This document shows positions 1-12,992 of a stretch of 64,000 nucleotides of DNA, piece by piece; within the stretch, counting starts at the first letter, position 1, and every line of letters begins with the position of its first letter. The stretch is from the human T2T-CHM13v2.0 reference genome, Homo sapiens. The stretch is from NCBI RefSeq assembly GCF_009914755.1, contig NC_060926.1; one strand, 5' to 3'. The notes below the pieces were generated by a model. The model was given only the letters and a program-made list of their open reading frames with translations. It made no database searches and was not told where the DNA came from. Position numbers and translations under genes: made by a program.

Positions 1-495
1 CTCTTCCTCCATGAGATCAACTTTTATAGTTCCCACACATGAGTGAGAACATGCCTATTTTTCTTTCTGTGCCTGGCTTATTTCACTGAACATATTGACC
101 TCCAGTTCCATCCATGTTGCAACAAAGGACATGATTTTATTCTTTTTTATGGACAAATGGTATTTCATTGTGAATATATGCCACATTTTCTTTACCCATT
201 TGTCTGTTGATGGACACTTAGGTTGATTCCATATCTTTGCTGTTGTGAATACTGCTGCAATAAACATGCAATGCAGGTATCCCTTTGGTGTACTGATTTT
301 TTTTCCTTTGAATAAATACCCAATAGTGGGATTGCTGGATTGTATCATAGTTCTATATTTAGATTTTTGCAAAATCTTCATGCTGCTTTCCATAGTGGCT
401 GTACTAATTTACATTCACACTGACACTAAATAAGAGTTCCCTTTTCTCCACATCCTCACCAACATCTGTTTTTTTTTATCTTTTTAATAATAGCC
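1..495 (-). mobile_element. LINE-1 fragment (ORF2 C-terminus/3' region, L1MA/L1PB-like)
   Basis: Minus-strand ORF 55..393 reads MFIAAVFTTAKIWNQPKCPSTDKWVKKMW...MSFVATWMELE, the L1 ORF2p C-terminal signature. Confidence 0.9.
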
Positions 496-881
496 AAGAA
501 TGTACGGATATATCTCAGCTGTTACATTTCACTACCATGACCAGCTCTCAATGCAGTGCCTTGCACAAAGTAAATGTCTAATATATTTTAGTGAATTACA
601 TCAGGCAGTCCTGGTGACCCAGTTTTATAAAAAATAGTAGGGAAAAGAATAGCACTATCAGAACACATCTTTTGGTTCTATTAATATTATTTCATTTTTC
701 AAGAAAAGACTGTGCTTTTGACAGAGTAAATAATGGTTTTTGTGTATAAATATTATGTCTAGATTTCACAGGTTTTTTCATTTTAAACATAAAAATGACC
801 TTTACTTTATATAGCACATCCTGATTAAGAAATAAATTCCCAATTAAGGAAATCATTAACGTTAATAACAGAGATATAAAC

Positions 882-1240
882 TGTATTAGTCCATTTTCAT
901 GCTGCTGACAAAGACATACCCCAGACTGGGAAGAAAAAGAGGTTTAATGGACTTAACAGTTCCACATGGCTAGGGAGGCCTCACAAACATGGCAGAAGGC
1001 AAGGGGGAGCAAATCACGTCTTACATGGATGGCAGCAGTCAAAGAGAGAGCTTGTGCGGAGAAACTCCTTCTTATAAACCCATCAGGTCTTATAAGACTT
1101 ATTTACTATCATGAGAACAGCACAGGAAAGACCTGCCCCCATGATTCAGTTATCTCCCACTGGGTCCCTCCCACAACACATGGGAATTATGGGAGATATA
1201 AGCTAAGATTTGGGTGGGGACACAGAGCCAAACCATATGA
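882..1240 (-). mobile_element. THE1-family (ERVL-MaLR) solo LTR
   Basis: Begins tgtattagtccattttcatgctgctga and ends gggtggggacacagagccaaaccatatga, the reverse complement of THE1 termini; ~360 bp. Confidence 0.85.
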
Positions 1241-1625
1241 TAAGCAAAGGGCAATTAATAAATATATTGTGGAGATTACTGTCAGGTATTTAATCTGTAA
1301 CAGATATATATCAAAATGTTACAAATTTCTTGCAAATGGGTAAAAATAAATAGGAAATAAACAAAAAAAAAGGTTAACAAATTAACAGGAAAACTGAACC
1401 TTCATTTCTTCAAATAACCAAAAAGCTTCAGTAAGTCATATATATTTTTCTTAATAAGTAATATTGAAAAAAATGCATAAAAATAAAATGGCCTACATAT
1501 TGCCACCTAGGAATTTGTCTTCGTTGGATAAATTGCTTTTTTCTTCACCAGTTCTTACAGTTTAATCCCTAGAATAAATCCCTTATCCCATGTCAAGAGG
1601 GTCCACTTCCCTGATCAAACCCTCA

Positions 1626-1962
<337 letters not shown>

Positions 1963-2077
1963 TTAGAAACTTTCAGGAATAAACTTAATTTTAGTTAGTA
2001 TTACTGGATGACATATTCCTAATTTAACCTGAGTGTACATTTTCTTTTAACAAAGGTTAATCAGAAATTCTCTGATA

Positions 2078-2224
2078 CATGCCACTGCACTCCATACAGC
2101 CTGGGTAACAGAGCCAGACTCCATCTCAAAAAATAAAGGAAAGAATTGAAAGAAGAAAGGGAGGGAGGGAGGAAGGGAGGGAGGGAAGGAGGGAATGAAA
2201 GATAGAGAGAGAAAGAAAGAAGAG
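2078..2224 (+). mobile_element. Short Alu 3' fragment whose tail has become a GA/GGAA-rich tract
   Basis: gccactgcactcca...cagcctgggtaacagagccagactccatctcaaaa followed by a purine tract at 2136-2226; flanks gaaattc(t/c)ctgata resemble a TSD. Confidence 0.8.
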
Positions 2225-2421
2225 GAAATTCCCTGATAAACATTATCATAAGCATTAGAAATTAAAATGGCACATCATATTAGTAAGGAATTTAGCTCAG
2301 AAATACTCAAGGTTTTTGAAGAATCATACTCCTAATGCATCTTTTCAGGCTAAATATTATGTCTCAGTCCCTGAGTATCATCAGGCCTGGAACAGATCTC
2401 AAAATGAAACCCATATTTCTT

Positions 2422-2738
2422 TCTTTCTTTCTTTCTTTTTTTTTTTTTTTGAGACAGAGTCTCACTCTGTCGCCCAGGCTGGAGTGCAGTGGCACAATCT
2501 CAGCTCACTGCAACCTCCACCTCCCAGGGGTTGAAGCAATTCTCGTGCCTCAGCCTCCCACGTATTTGGGATTGCAGGTGTGCACCACCATACCCGGCTA
2601 ATTTTTGTATTTTTAGTAGAGACGGGTTTTGCCATATTGGCCAGGCTGTTCTCGAACTCCTGACCTCAAGTGATCCACCTGCCTTACCCACCTTGGCCAA
2701 AGTGCTGGGATTACAGGCGTGAGCCACTGCGCCTAATC
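2422..2738 (-). mobile_element. Full-length Alu (AluS-type)
   Basis: Poly-T followed by gagacagagtctcactctgtcgcccaggctgg...; perfect 16-bp TSD gaaacccatatttctt at 2406-2421 and 2739-2754. Confidence 0.95.
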
Positions 2739-2950
2739 GAAACCCATATTTCTTGAACTCTATTTTCTCAAAGTGTGTAAATCTAAAACTTCCCAGAAAA
2801 GATCCTCTCTGTATCCAGGACCCACTAAAAAGAAATCTTATTACTTCCCAGAACCCTGCAGGATCCCATCTCCTCTTTTGACACATTATGTCAGTAAGTT
2901 TAATGTGATCCAAATCCACACATCAGTCATGAGGTTTAAAACATCCAACC

Positions 2951-4947
2951 AGAGGTTTTGAAATGCAAGCACCAGGGTCTGGAAATGGTGACCAGTACTC
3001 TATGGTACTGATTAGAGGCTCATTCTTCAATAGCATATATCTCAAACTTTTTCAGAGGCAACCCACAGTTGTCCATGCTTTGATAGAAGATACTCAAAAC
3101 TATGATGATATTGCCATGAATTGTATCATTGCCAAGCATACTGAGAAGACTTCAGGGATATTTGTGAAGCATGTAAACATGGACGATTTTGAAAAAGAAA
3201 CCAACAGTGGCTATTCTGGAATGTGACATCGAGCTGAGCATGCTCTGCAGAGGTCTTATTATATAAATAAGCTTGTTAATATATATGATAGCATGCCCTT
3301 AAAATAGTCCAACATTATGATTTCCCAGTTTGGTTTTCCATATGCCAACCACAGAAGAAAAATGTAAAAGTAAAACAAACAAACCTGAAAACTGCTTGGT
3401 ATTTGAGTAGCTTCTCCATGCTATGTATTTTTTTTTAAGCAACATCATGAATTTTATCTACTCTGGAGGTCACTACAGTAGAAAAAAACTGCAGTGCTTC
3501 TAGGATATAAAATTCACATTACCTTCAAAAGCCAAGAAGTTGGTCCTATCCAGTTAGGTCTTCTTATGAAGAGTTTTCATCCAGGGATATAACACCTTGG
3601 TCAGTGATTTTATTGTTTACATTTTGAGACTGTTCTACAGTTTCTTTGACTCCTGGCATTTGCCTTAAGGACCTATAGCAAGCTGTTTTCAGGATCAGAA
3701 ACTCAAGAAAGGCATTTATCTGCTTTTTGACGAAAGGTTGATTGTTTTCATTTGAAGACTGAAATGCCTCTTTAGCAAAAGCCTGTGGTATGGGGTAATG
3801 CCATTTGAGAAGAGAATAGTCTCAGTGGCATATGAAGAGGAAAATTTGCAGCTGCCAATGCTTTCCTTATGGCCCTGACAACTAGCTCTTCCAGGACTAA
3901 CTCAGTCCAGCATGGTTTTGATGTAACCATCAGTGCTTTTATTTTTGTTAAGTCTTTATTGACTGGGACGGTTAATTTTAGTAGCTGAAGAATGTCTAGT
4001 TGTTTGATTTTTGTAAACATTTACTGCATGAGTCACAAAACAATATAGCCTATATTTCTTATATGTAACTTATATGCAGCAAAGAGTAAATGTGTTATAG
4101 ATTCAGGTAGGGCATTTTGTCACTGAATCTGGCCTTGAGAACGTACATTAATTCTTACATTTTACATAATGTATGTGTTGTTTAAGAAACATATAAAATA
4201 CCTTCTGAAAAAATGAATAAGTAGGGCCTGGCAGAAGTTAAAACCCTTTGTATCAAAAGATATTTATCATTAGAGCATTGGTTATCTTCTGGATACTAAA
4301 AGATTGTATTATAAACAAAGCCAAACACTTACATTCAGAACTCAAAAAAAAAGATCCAAGGTACTATTCATCATGATGAAATTTCACCTACATACAAAGA
4401 GGAGAAAATAAGAACTGAGTCATAGCAGAGGAATTCTATACAGAGTCTGCATCAGTTCATTGGTATGGTTGCCCACTCTTTGTTATGTGAATTAGTATCT
4501 GTGTTTCACCCGTTGTTTGTGTTTAGTCCTTGTTCACTACTGGAGCAAGGAATTCTTAACTAGGCTTCTGTTTACCACCCTCTCCTTCTCCTCCTTTCTC
4601 TCTTCTTCCTCCTTTTCCTCTTCCTTCTTCTTGCATAATGCCTGTATATTTTCAAAATTGCAAGATGGGAGAATATTAAAATAATCATGGCTAATGTTCC
4701 AATAATGAGGTCTTTTGTGCATTTAGTTCAGTATAGGGTGTGTTTTTTTACATTGGAGAGTATATGTGTCTTAATGCAATCAGATTTCAAAAAACAAAAC
4801 ACTTAGAACCTTACTAAAAATTGGTAATGTCAATTATCTGTTTTGTCCAACATTGGTTGTATTTTTTTGCCTCTTGGGATTCCTCTAGCAGATAAATAAA
4901 ATAAACTTTTATTATCCCTGTGTTCTATGTTAAAAAAATAAATAAAA
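2951..4947 (+). pseudogene. EXTL2P1: 5'-truncated processed pseudogene of EXTL2 (exostosin-like glycosyltransferase 2): C-terminal CDS plus 3' UTR and A-rich tail
   Basis: FEMQAPGSGNGDQYSMVLI...DDIAMN...EKETNSGYSGM*HRAEHALQRSY.INKLVNIYDSMPLK*SNIMISQFGFPYANHRRKM* matches the EXTL2 C-terminus. Premature TGA at 3224-3226 and TAG at 3305-3307; native stop at 3365-3367. AATAAA near 4895, A-rich tail from 4932, degenerate TSD aaaacatccaacc (2938-2950) / aaaatatccatcc (~4949-4961). Confidence 0.9.
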
Positions 4948-5780
4948 TAAAATATCCATCCCTTTGGTTAAAGACTATCCCATTAGGGTAAACATGTTTA
5001 AACATCACATATTTTGCATATCTAATTATTTATTGAATGAAAAAAGAAAATTTTCCACCAGAACTGTTCTGGTTTCTGCCAGAACAGAATATATGTACCT
5101 TATACACATGTTGAAAATCTACCTCAGTTTGCTTTAAAAATCTATTCCAGGCCTGTTATAAAAGATTCCTAAGCATTATTTATTATTCTGGCCTTCAAAA
5201 CCCATTAACAAGTACTTACACCCCAGAATAGATCAAATTGTAGACTAAACTACGGCTGGCAAAGATCACAGCACTAATAGAAAATTCTCTGAATCTCTTG
5301 AACTTATGGGTTCTAGATAAGAAAGGACCGAGGAAGAGCTCTTCAGTTTGGGAAACTGAAATGAGAACAAATTATTACAGAGCTATTGGTACCAATTGGT
5401 GACTATTTAAATGTGTTGTTAGGCCCATATTCCTGATGGATTTATTCCAAATCCAGTTTCATATTTAGGAAATAAATGAGATTAATACATGTGTGTACCC
5501 ACATGTAGAAGCATATTTACAAAGTATAGATGAGCAACAATCAGTGGGGGTGTTATTTGGGCATCTTTAGTGCTAGCTAAATGAACAGCTCACCAACTGC
5601 TATGGTTTTACAGTCAGCAGAAATAAGTGGCTGGAGTTCCAGACATCGAATCCTTCTATATAGTTATTCAGTGGTAACATCAAGTACATGAATGGAGGTG
5701 TTAATTCAGAATTGTGTGTGTGAAATAAACAAGGAAGACTAGAAATCCCATTAAGATATTCTCCCTGGGCCCCTTATGCT

Positions 5781-5809
5781 CACACACACATACTCTCTCT
5801 CTCTCTCTG

Positions 5810-5848
<39 letters not shown>
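5781..5848. repeat. Compound (CA)n(CT)n(CA)n microsatellite
   Basis: Read directly from sequence. Confidence 0.95.
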
Positions 5849-5849
<1 letters not shown>

Positions 5850-7227
5850 CCCACATATGACCCTCAGGCAGTACGCCCTCTAATGGAGCACTAACATCAG
5901 GCATGACTTGGTGGCTGCTTTGAGGAAGCAGGTGCTCAGCTTCCCCCATCTTTGCTCTGTGACAGTTTCTGTGTCACATACACCATCACCAGCCTGACAC
6001 ATGTATACCATCCCCCTTAATAACCCAGGGAGGTCTTGGGGGTCAGAGGTTCCCCTCAAATGACTGACAGCCATGGAGGCACCATACCTGCAATAGAGCC
6101 GTCAGCTGGAGTGAGACGACAGGACCCCATGGGGAATTCCTTTCTTTTCCAACAAGGAACCTTCACTCAGCATGACCTGCCTTGGAGAAAGCTTTGGACA
6201 AGGTCCTTTCTTTTCCCCTTCAAATCCTGCCTTGAAACAAGCTCTCTCAGCCACCTGCAATTGCTGTAAATCAATTTCCAAACAGAAATCACTATGCAAA
6301 ATATGCATAAGCCAAGATGGGTAAGGAGATGACAAGTTGCCCTGCCCTGCCTCCTGTCATGTGGGGTCTCCTCTCTCATCTTCTACAAAGCCCCAAGAAG
6401 TTCAAAGAGGACTCAGACTCACAGATTTTTAAGACTAGAGATGGCTCAGATTCTTCTGCCTCTGCCACTACCCACAACCTAAACTCCTCTTGCTCCTTTG
6501 GTATATTTGATCGTTACTGTTGTTTGGTTTTATGTAACATAACCAAAATACCACTGCGATCATTTGTAAAGAGAAATACAAATATCAAAGGAACCAGATT
6601 TTTTAGTTCCAATCACTGACCCACTCCATCTGTGTAAACTCCCCGAACTCTTAATTGTGTGTACATTTTTATAGGTGGCAATTTGGTATCCATTGTTCCT
6701 CACTGGAAAAATATCCATTTCATTAGGTAGCATTTTAGACTTGGAAAGACCTGTGAATTATTTTCTTCCTTCTCCAGGACCTCGCACAGTCGATGCATCT
6801 AAGTTCTTCATTTCCAGATAAGATTATTAAGTGGTATGTGGGCTTGCCAGGACTCCTACATAGATCATGAGGGAGGCAGGGTTAAAAACTCTGCCTTACA
6901 CATGCCATCTTGAATCTCATATTCTGAAAGGAAGAGTTAGCTGCTGCTGGAAGAGAGAATTAATCTGCAGAAGCAAAGACCACGAATTGCTGAGACTGAA
7001 GAGTCTTTCTATCACAAGCAGATTCTGCCATGTTTGGTGGACTGACAGACCATTTTAGGAAGGTTCCAGAGCAATAGCGAGATTTTTCATAATGAAGCTA
7101 ATCAGCCACCATGGTGGTGAGAGTCAGCAGGCAAAAAGAGGATTTGCCAAAAATAAACAGTGGGAAATCTTTCCTCACAATCTGCCTGGAGCTGGTGGGG
7201 AGAAGGAAAGAGATGCAGACAAGCTTT

Positions 7228-7519
7228 GTTATGCTGAGTGAAAGAAGCCAGACATAAAGACCACTTATTGTGTGATTCCATTTATATGAAGTATTTGGAA
7301 TAGACAAGTCCATAGAAACAGAAAGCAGATTAGTGGCTGCCAGGGAATGGGGGTGGGCAAGGATGGGGGATGAGTGCTCATTAGGTAAGGGATTTCCCTT
7401 GGGAGTAATGAAAATGGTCTGAAACTAGATAGTAGTAATTGTTGCACAACATTATGAATTTGCAAAATGTTACTAATAGTAAGTTTTCTGTTATGTATAT
7501 TTTACCACATTTTTTAAAA
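7228..7519 (+). mobile_element. Old L1 (L1MB/L1MC-like) 3' end
   Basis: ttatgctgagtgaaagaagccagac...gattccatttatatgaag...gaaagcagattagtggctgccaggg...tatattttaccac. Confidence 0.8.
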
Positions 7520-7769
7520 GACATGCCTGTAGCCTTTAAGAAAGAAAAAACTGGCTCCAGTTCTTATGGTCTTCCCTTTGTGCTCCCAGTGGGGTATAGG
7601 ACAGCAGATAACAGTCTAGAGGTGAAAGAGGAGAAAGAGGAATACTCCAAGAGTGAGAAGGAAGATGAGGCTTCTCCCTCTCCCAGGATTATGCCAGGAC
7701 AGGGGCCTTCATAGGCCACTTTGCACTTGTGTTAGCAAGTGCTTGCTCCCATATGCTCAAAGAGCTAGA

Positions 7770-8130
7770 CAGGCTTGGACTGAAATCTAGCTCTGGCCCT
7801 CTCCAGCTATGTGACTCTTGACAAGCCGTATCACCAAACATTCTGGAGTGCCCTACTATGTGTGACTGTCCAAGGCCCTCCACACATCATGTGCTTCAAT
7901 CCTCACAAACTTCGGAGGCAGAGCCATTATCTCCTCTAATTTCCAAATGAGGAGGCTGAGACTTAGTAGGGTTAATGCAGTTGCTCCAAATCACACAGGC
8001 AGTGAGAACAGTTAAGGCCGTTAACCTCTAGTTTGTGTCTCCACTTCTCAAATGGGGAGAATAGTAACTACTTTGCAAGAGCATCACAAGGATTAAAGGT
8101 GCTCACTAAATGGTGGCTGTCATAAATGAT
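7770..8130. mobile_element. MIR fragments in both orientations
   Basis: aatcctcacaaac...aaatgaggaggctgagactt...cacacagg and aaatggggagaatagtaactact MIR core motifs. Confidence 0.6.
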
Positions 8131-8465
8131 AAAACTCACAAGATCCTAATAAGGTAGCACACAGAGCAAGAATTTTATTGATGAGGGAAATCACATGGCT
8201 AGTCAGCGATAGGGCTGGGACTAGGATCTAAGCTGACCAACTTCCAATCTGCTGCTCATCTGACCACACTATGTTCAAAAAGACACACCTATAACAATAA
8301 ATCGACAATAGGTCAACACATAACTAATCAGAACATCAGGAATGGATGCAATGTAGATCTGGGGCAGAAAAGAGGTGTTTATTTGGAGAGCAGAGCTCCA
8401 AACAAGGGAAGGGAATGGAGAAGGCAATGAATGTCCTCTGATCAGTTAGAGATGTTTCCTGACAA

Positions 8466-9148
8466 CAACAGATGCTTGTGAGGCTGTGGAGAAATAGGAA
8501 TGCTTTTACACTGTTGGTGGGAGCGTAAATTAGTTCAACCATTGCGGAAGATAGTGTGGTGATTCCTTAAGGATCTAGAACCAGAAATACCATTTGACTC
8601 AGCAATCCCATTACTGGGTATATACCTAAAAGATTATAAATCATTCTACTATAAGGACACATGCACATGTATGTTTATTGCAGCACCATTCACATTAGCA
8701 AAGACTTGGAACCAACACAAATGTTCATCAATGATAGACTGGATAAAGAAAATGTGGCCCATATACACCGTGGAATACTATGCAGCCATAAAAAGCATGA
8801 GTTCATGTCCTTTGCAGGGACATGGATGAAGTTGGAAGCCATCATTCTCAGCAAACTAACACAGGAACAGAAAACCAAACACCACATGTTCTCACTCATA
8901 AGCGGGAGTTGAACAGTGAGAACACATGGGCACAGGGAGGGGAACATCACACACCAGGGCCTGTTAGGGAGTGGGGGATAAGGGGAAGCATAGCATTAAG
9001 ACAAATATCTAATGCATTCGAGGCTTAAAACCTAGATGACGGGTTGATAGGTGCAGCAAGCCACCATGGCGTATGTATACCTATGTAGCAAACCTGCATG
9101 TTCTGCACATGTATCCCAGAAGTTAAAGTAAAATTAGAAAAAAAAAAG
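8466..9148 (+). mobile_element. 5'-truncated L1PA 3' end
   Basis: aacagatgcttgtgaggctgtggagaaataggaatgc... to aagttaaagtaaaattagaaaaaaaaaa; translation includes MSFAGTWMKLEAIILSKLTQEQKTKH; TSD-like atgttt(c/t)ctgacaa on both sides. Confidence 0.93.
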
Positions 9149-9279
9149 GAATGTTTTCTGACAATGTTACCCTTTTGTAGAAAATAAATCTGGAGAAGCA
9201 ATGATCTCTGATGAGCTAGGTGTCCCCACAGTGTGACAGGGCCTATTAATAAAAGTAATGATAATGACAATGAGTACCA

Positions 9280-9490
9280 CCAATTGTGTACTTACTATAA
9301 CCAGGCATTTGACAAAGTGTATCACATGCATTTTCTCAAATACCTATGAATGGGTGTAGAGTAGGTATCATGGTCCCCATCTTACTGATGAGAAAACTGG
9401 AGCCCAGGATCACACCAGTGAAAAGCGGCAGAGCTGGGATTCAAACCCAGGCCTTCATGAGTGCAAAACTCTGGCTCTTGACTAATACGT
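9280..9490 (-). mobile_element. MIR
   Basis: ccccatcttactgatgagaaaactggagcccagg...gagctgggattcaaacccagg. Confidence 0.75.
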
Positions 9491-9514
9491 TACTTCCCAT
9501 GAGGCAGATTACTA

Positions 9515-9589
9515 TTAGATTGGTGCAAAAGTAATTGTGGTTAAATTAAGGTAATGGCAAAAACCGCAATTACTTTTGCACCAACCTAT
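9515..9589. mobile_element. MADE1 (Hsmar1-derived palindromic MITE)
   Basis: ttagattggtgcaaaagtaattgtggtt...aaccgcaattacttttgcaccaaccta: mariner terminal inverted repeats flanked by TA. Confidence 0.92.
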
Positions 9590-10232
9590 TAGCTAATTAT
9601 TCATAGTCACAGATACTTCCGGCATGAACAGAAGTGGGCTCAATAAATGTTAATATCTATCCAAGGACTAAATTTGCAAAGGAAAAAACATACAATATAG
9701 TGGTCTAAGACTGGCCATAGGCAGAATATAAGGCAGAAAATTCTTCTGGAATTCTTCTGGTCCTACCCGTTCCAGCACATTAACAAAAGCAGCAAGTCAT
9801 AGGGGCCAATCAGAATTAGGGCCTTCTCCCTTGCAGACAGACACTCTGGTACCCACTTAATGCAAGGCTTCAGCTTTCCAGACTTCTTAGGAATATTTTT
9901 GCAGGTGGTCCTGGCTCCAACAAGCTAGAGATAAAACTTCTTCCATTCATAGGCAATGGGGGTGCTCTTGATCAGCCTAAAGGCATATCACCAGGGAAGC
10001 CATCATTCTCATTATGCCTGAAGGCATAATTCACCACATGTGGAATTTGGCTCTTAAAAACTGCATAAGTCAATCTTAGTAACAAGTACACAAAAGAAAC
10101 CCTAAAGGTTCTATTTACTAGTTTCTTATCCTACTATGTAGAGTGGAGAGAATGTTCAGGGTTTTTCACTATATTCACTGTTTAGTGAACGCACCACTGA
10201 CAGCTGGTCTGTGAACACTCTTATGAAAATGA

Positions 10233-10549
<317 letters not shown>

Positions 10550-10654
10550 CTCCATGTCATCTTAATAGGCTGGAATCAATCACTGGGTTTACTTCTCTGA
10601 AAATTATATAAGCCTACAGATATTTGGATAATGACAGATAACTGATGAGTGTAC

Positions 10655-11222
10655 CAGCATATTTCATGGATTCTCTGTTGTACATTTTTGGTTTTTTGCA
10701 CATTTTAACATCTCTGCAATCCAGATGAGCTTTACTATCACCATCAGCCAGCAGAAACTCCTGGCAGAGTTGTCATGGTCTGCTCATGTGAGAACATAAA
10801 ACATACCAGCATCAAAACTTGCAGAACGGATCTCATTGACAAGGAAGAAAATCCCAGAGATAACAGTGGAGCGCTTTTAAAGAAATGTTGTATTATCAAT
10901 GCTCTTGACGGCCCAGAAGAAAATACTGTGTAGAAAAACATGGTTCTAGATGGCTCTGAGTTGAATCATAAGAGTTGGATTTAGGAATACATAGGAGTTA
11001 CATTGGTTTTTTTCTTTTTAAACCTGTGGATTATCTAAATCAGTCTAGAAATCAGTCTAGAAAAGCTGTTTCAAGAACTTAAAATAAAAATTCTAAGTCA
11101 TTATTTAAAATTAGAAAACATTCTGTCATAGTTTAATTGGCAGCATCTTTTTCTTAATTGTGGTAAATAAAATAATGGTCCTTCTTGTAATCAATAACAT
11201 CTTAGATTCAGTGGAAAACAGC
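10655..11222 (+). mobile_element. Kanga-like (TcMar-Tc2/pogo) DNA transposon remnant
   Basis: Translates, with one frameshift, to KLAERISLTRKKIPEITVERF/KKCCIINALDGPEENTV, resembling the pogo/Tc2 transposase C-terminal FKKCCISNALDG motif; right end catcttagattcagtggaaaacag resembles the Kanga/MER104 TIR. Confidence 0.62.
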
Positions 11223-11559
11223 TTAAGTAGAAATACACTGCAATGCAGTGAGCTTGCAGAAATAAAATAACCAAAACTTTAATTATTAAGAGAAAATAAA
11301 TATAATTTCCTCTCACTCTAGAAACATCAATATTTAAAATGTTACCGTAACCTTTATATATAATGCATGCTCTATTTGAAAAAGGTAACACACCCGAAAA
11401 AGACATTATGAAGTAAACCATTTTGTTTGTTGCTTCTCAAACTTTATATTTTTTATACAGAGGAATTGGGAAAACTCTTAAAATCCTCAAAAAAGGAAAA
11501 CAATTTATATTACAAAGAGTAAAACATTTAAACTTAAGTTAAATAGAAACTGCACTTCT

Positions 11560-11730
11560 TTATACTTCAATGAGCTTGCTAAGCCTCAGTTTTTTATTTG
11601 TAAAATGGAGATTTAAAGCAGCTATATGTCATTGTGTTGTCACAAGAATTGAATGGTTGATACATATAAAATGTTTAGTAAAGAGATCCACATATTAGGA
11701 GGTAAATAATTCATAATTGTACTATTCTTA
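11560..11730 (+). mobile_element. MIR fragment
   Basis: ctaagcctcagttttttatttgtaaaatggag...tacatataaaatgtttag. Confidence 0.6.
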
Positions 11731-12624
11731 TTATCTTTATGATTATTTTACATTTGGCTCAGTGCTCAACAAATATTTGAGTGAAATAGTAAAAAAACAA
11801 AAAACTGAAGTATCATATCTCCATCATTTTAAAAGACTTTATTCCCAGCAATGAATTATCTAAAAATGTTATTTTTAAGCTTACATAATAGTTTCCTTAT
11901 AGACTCAAAAGCAGATGATTTTTCAAAGTATTTAAGCAGGAAGAGAGATGAAAAAGTAATCCCATTTTCTTTGGCACTGTGGTACTGAAAAGCCTAATAG
12001 TTAAGTGCTATTAACAAAATGATGTGGCTGGAGAGACTTCCTTAGTGTTGAGGGGTGAGGGTGGGGGTCGGAGGGTAGGAGGAGAAGGAGGAAGAAAATT
12101 ACAGTTTGTTATAATCCAAAATTCAACTCAATCCTTCAAGAAACAGATTCTTTCCCCCTACACACGCGCATACACACCCACACACCTTTTGTTTTTTAGA
12201 GATCTTGAAAATGTTTAGTCAAATGGGTCTTAAATGTCAGTCCTCTGGTGGGGAAGGAAAAGGGCACCACACACAGATCTTTCCCCTGCTTGGTCCAAGC
12301 CAGACGTAAAAGAAAACAAGCTTGAAATGAAATAAAGAATAACATAATTATAATACACCCTTCTCAAAACAAAAACAAACAAACAAAAAAACTCTGCCTC
12401 TCATTAAAATGTGAAATATCTCAAGAGATGGTTGTGGGTTTTACAATTTTATAACCCAGTTTTTTAAAATCCTAAATAGAAAGTATGTTTGGGTACATGC
12501 TATTTCATAAATGTCATGCATTTATGGTGGGAGCACTTTCTACACATATTCCTCGTTTACATTTCAAACGTGGCTTTTGGAAATATCCACCAGACACTAA
12601 ATCATGGACAGAAACTCATAGCTT

Positions 12625-12790
12625 TTCGGGAGGCAGCAAGGTCAGGTGAAGGGCACTGGGTAGGAAGTCTGGAAATCTGTATCTCCTTCTAGCCATTCCC
12701 AGAACCAGGTCGTTGGCCCTAAACAAGTCTCTTGACCTCCCTGGATCTCAGTATCTCCATTAGGACTTAAGGATCTATTCTAACATCCTT
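12625..12790 (+). mobile_element. MIR/MIR3 fragment
   Basis: gggcactgggtaggaagtctggaaatctg...aagtctcttgacctccctggatctcagtatctccat. Confidence 0.55.
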
Positions 12791-12941
12791 TGACGAGAAT
12801 TTAAATTTTTGCCCAAGGTGACCTCAATGTTGATAACAAGAATGGGAAATAGTGTTTATGATACCCATCATTTCATTGTCTTAAGTGCTACTTCACCTTA
12901 ACTCATTTTATGTTTCAAAACACACTGTCAGCCCTTTATCA

Positions 12942-12992
12942 GTGTGTATGTGAGTGTGCATGCACACACGTACACACACACACAAACACACA
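12942..12992. repeat. Imperfect (TG)n-(CA)n inverted dinucleotide tract
   Basis: gtgtgtatgtgagtgtgcatgcacacacgtacacacacacacaaacacacac. Confidence 0.85.

Noticed and set aside
2755-2950. Possible inverted 5' part of the EXTL2 retrocopy
   Set aside because: The translations I examined do not resemble EXTL2, and the candidate TSD lies immediately before 2951.
2963-3226. 87-aa ORF as a functional EXTL2-like gene
   Set aside because: Internal fragment ending at a nonsense codon, with a second stop downstream; no N-terminal domain or promoter.
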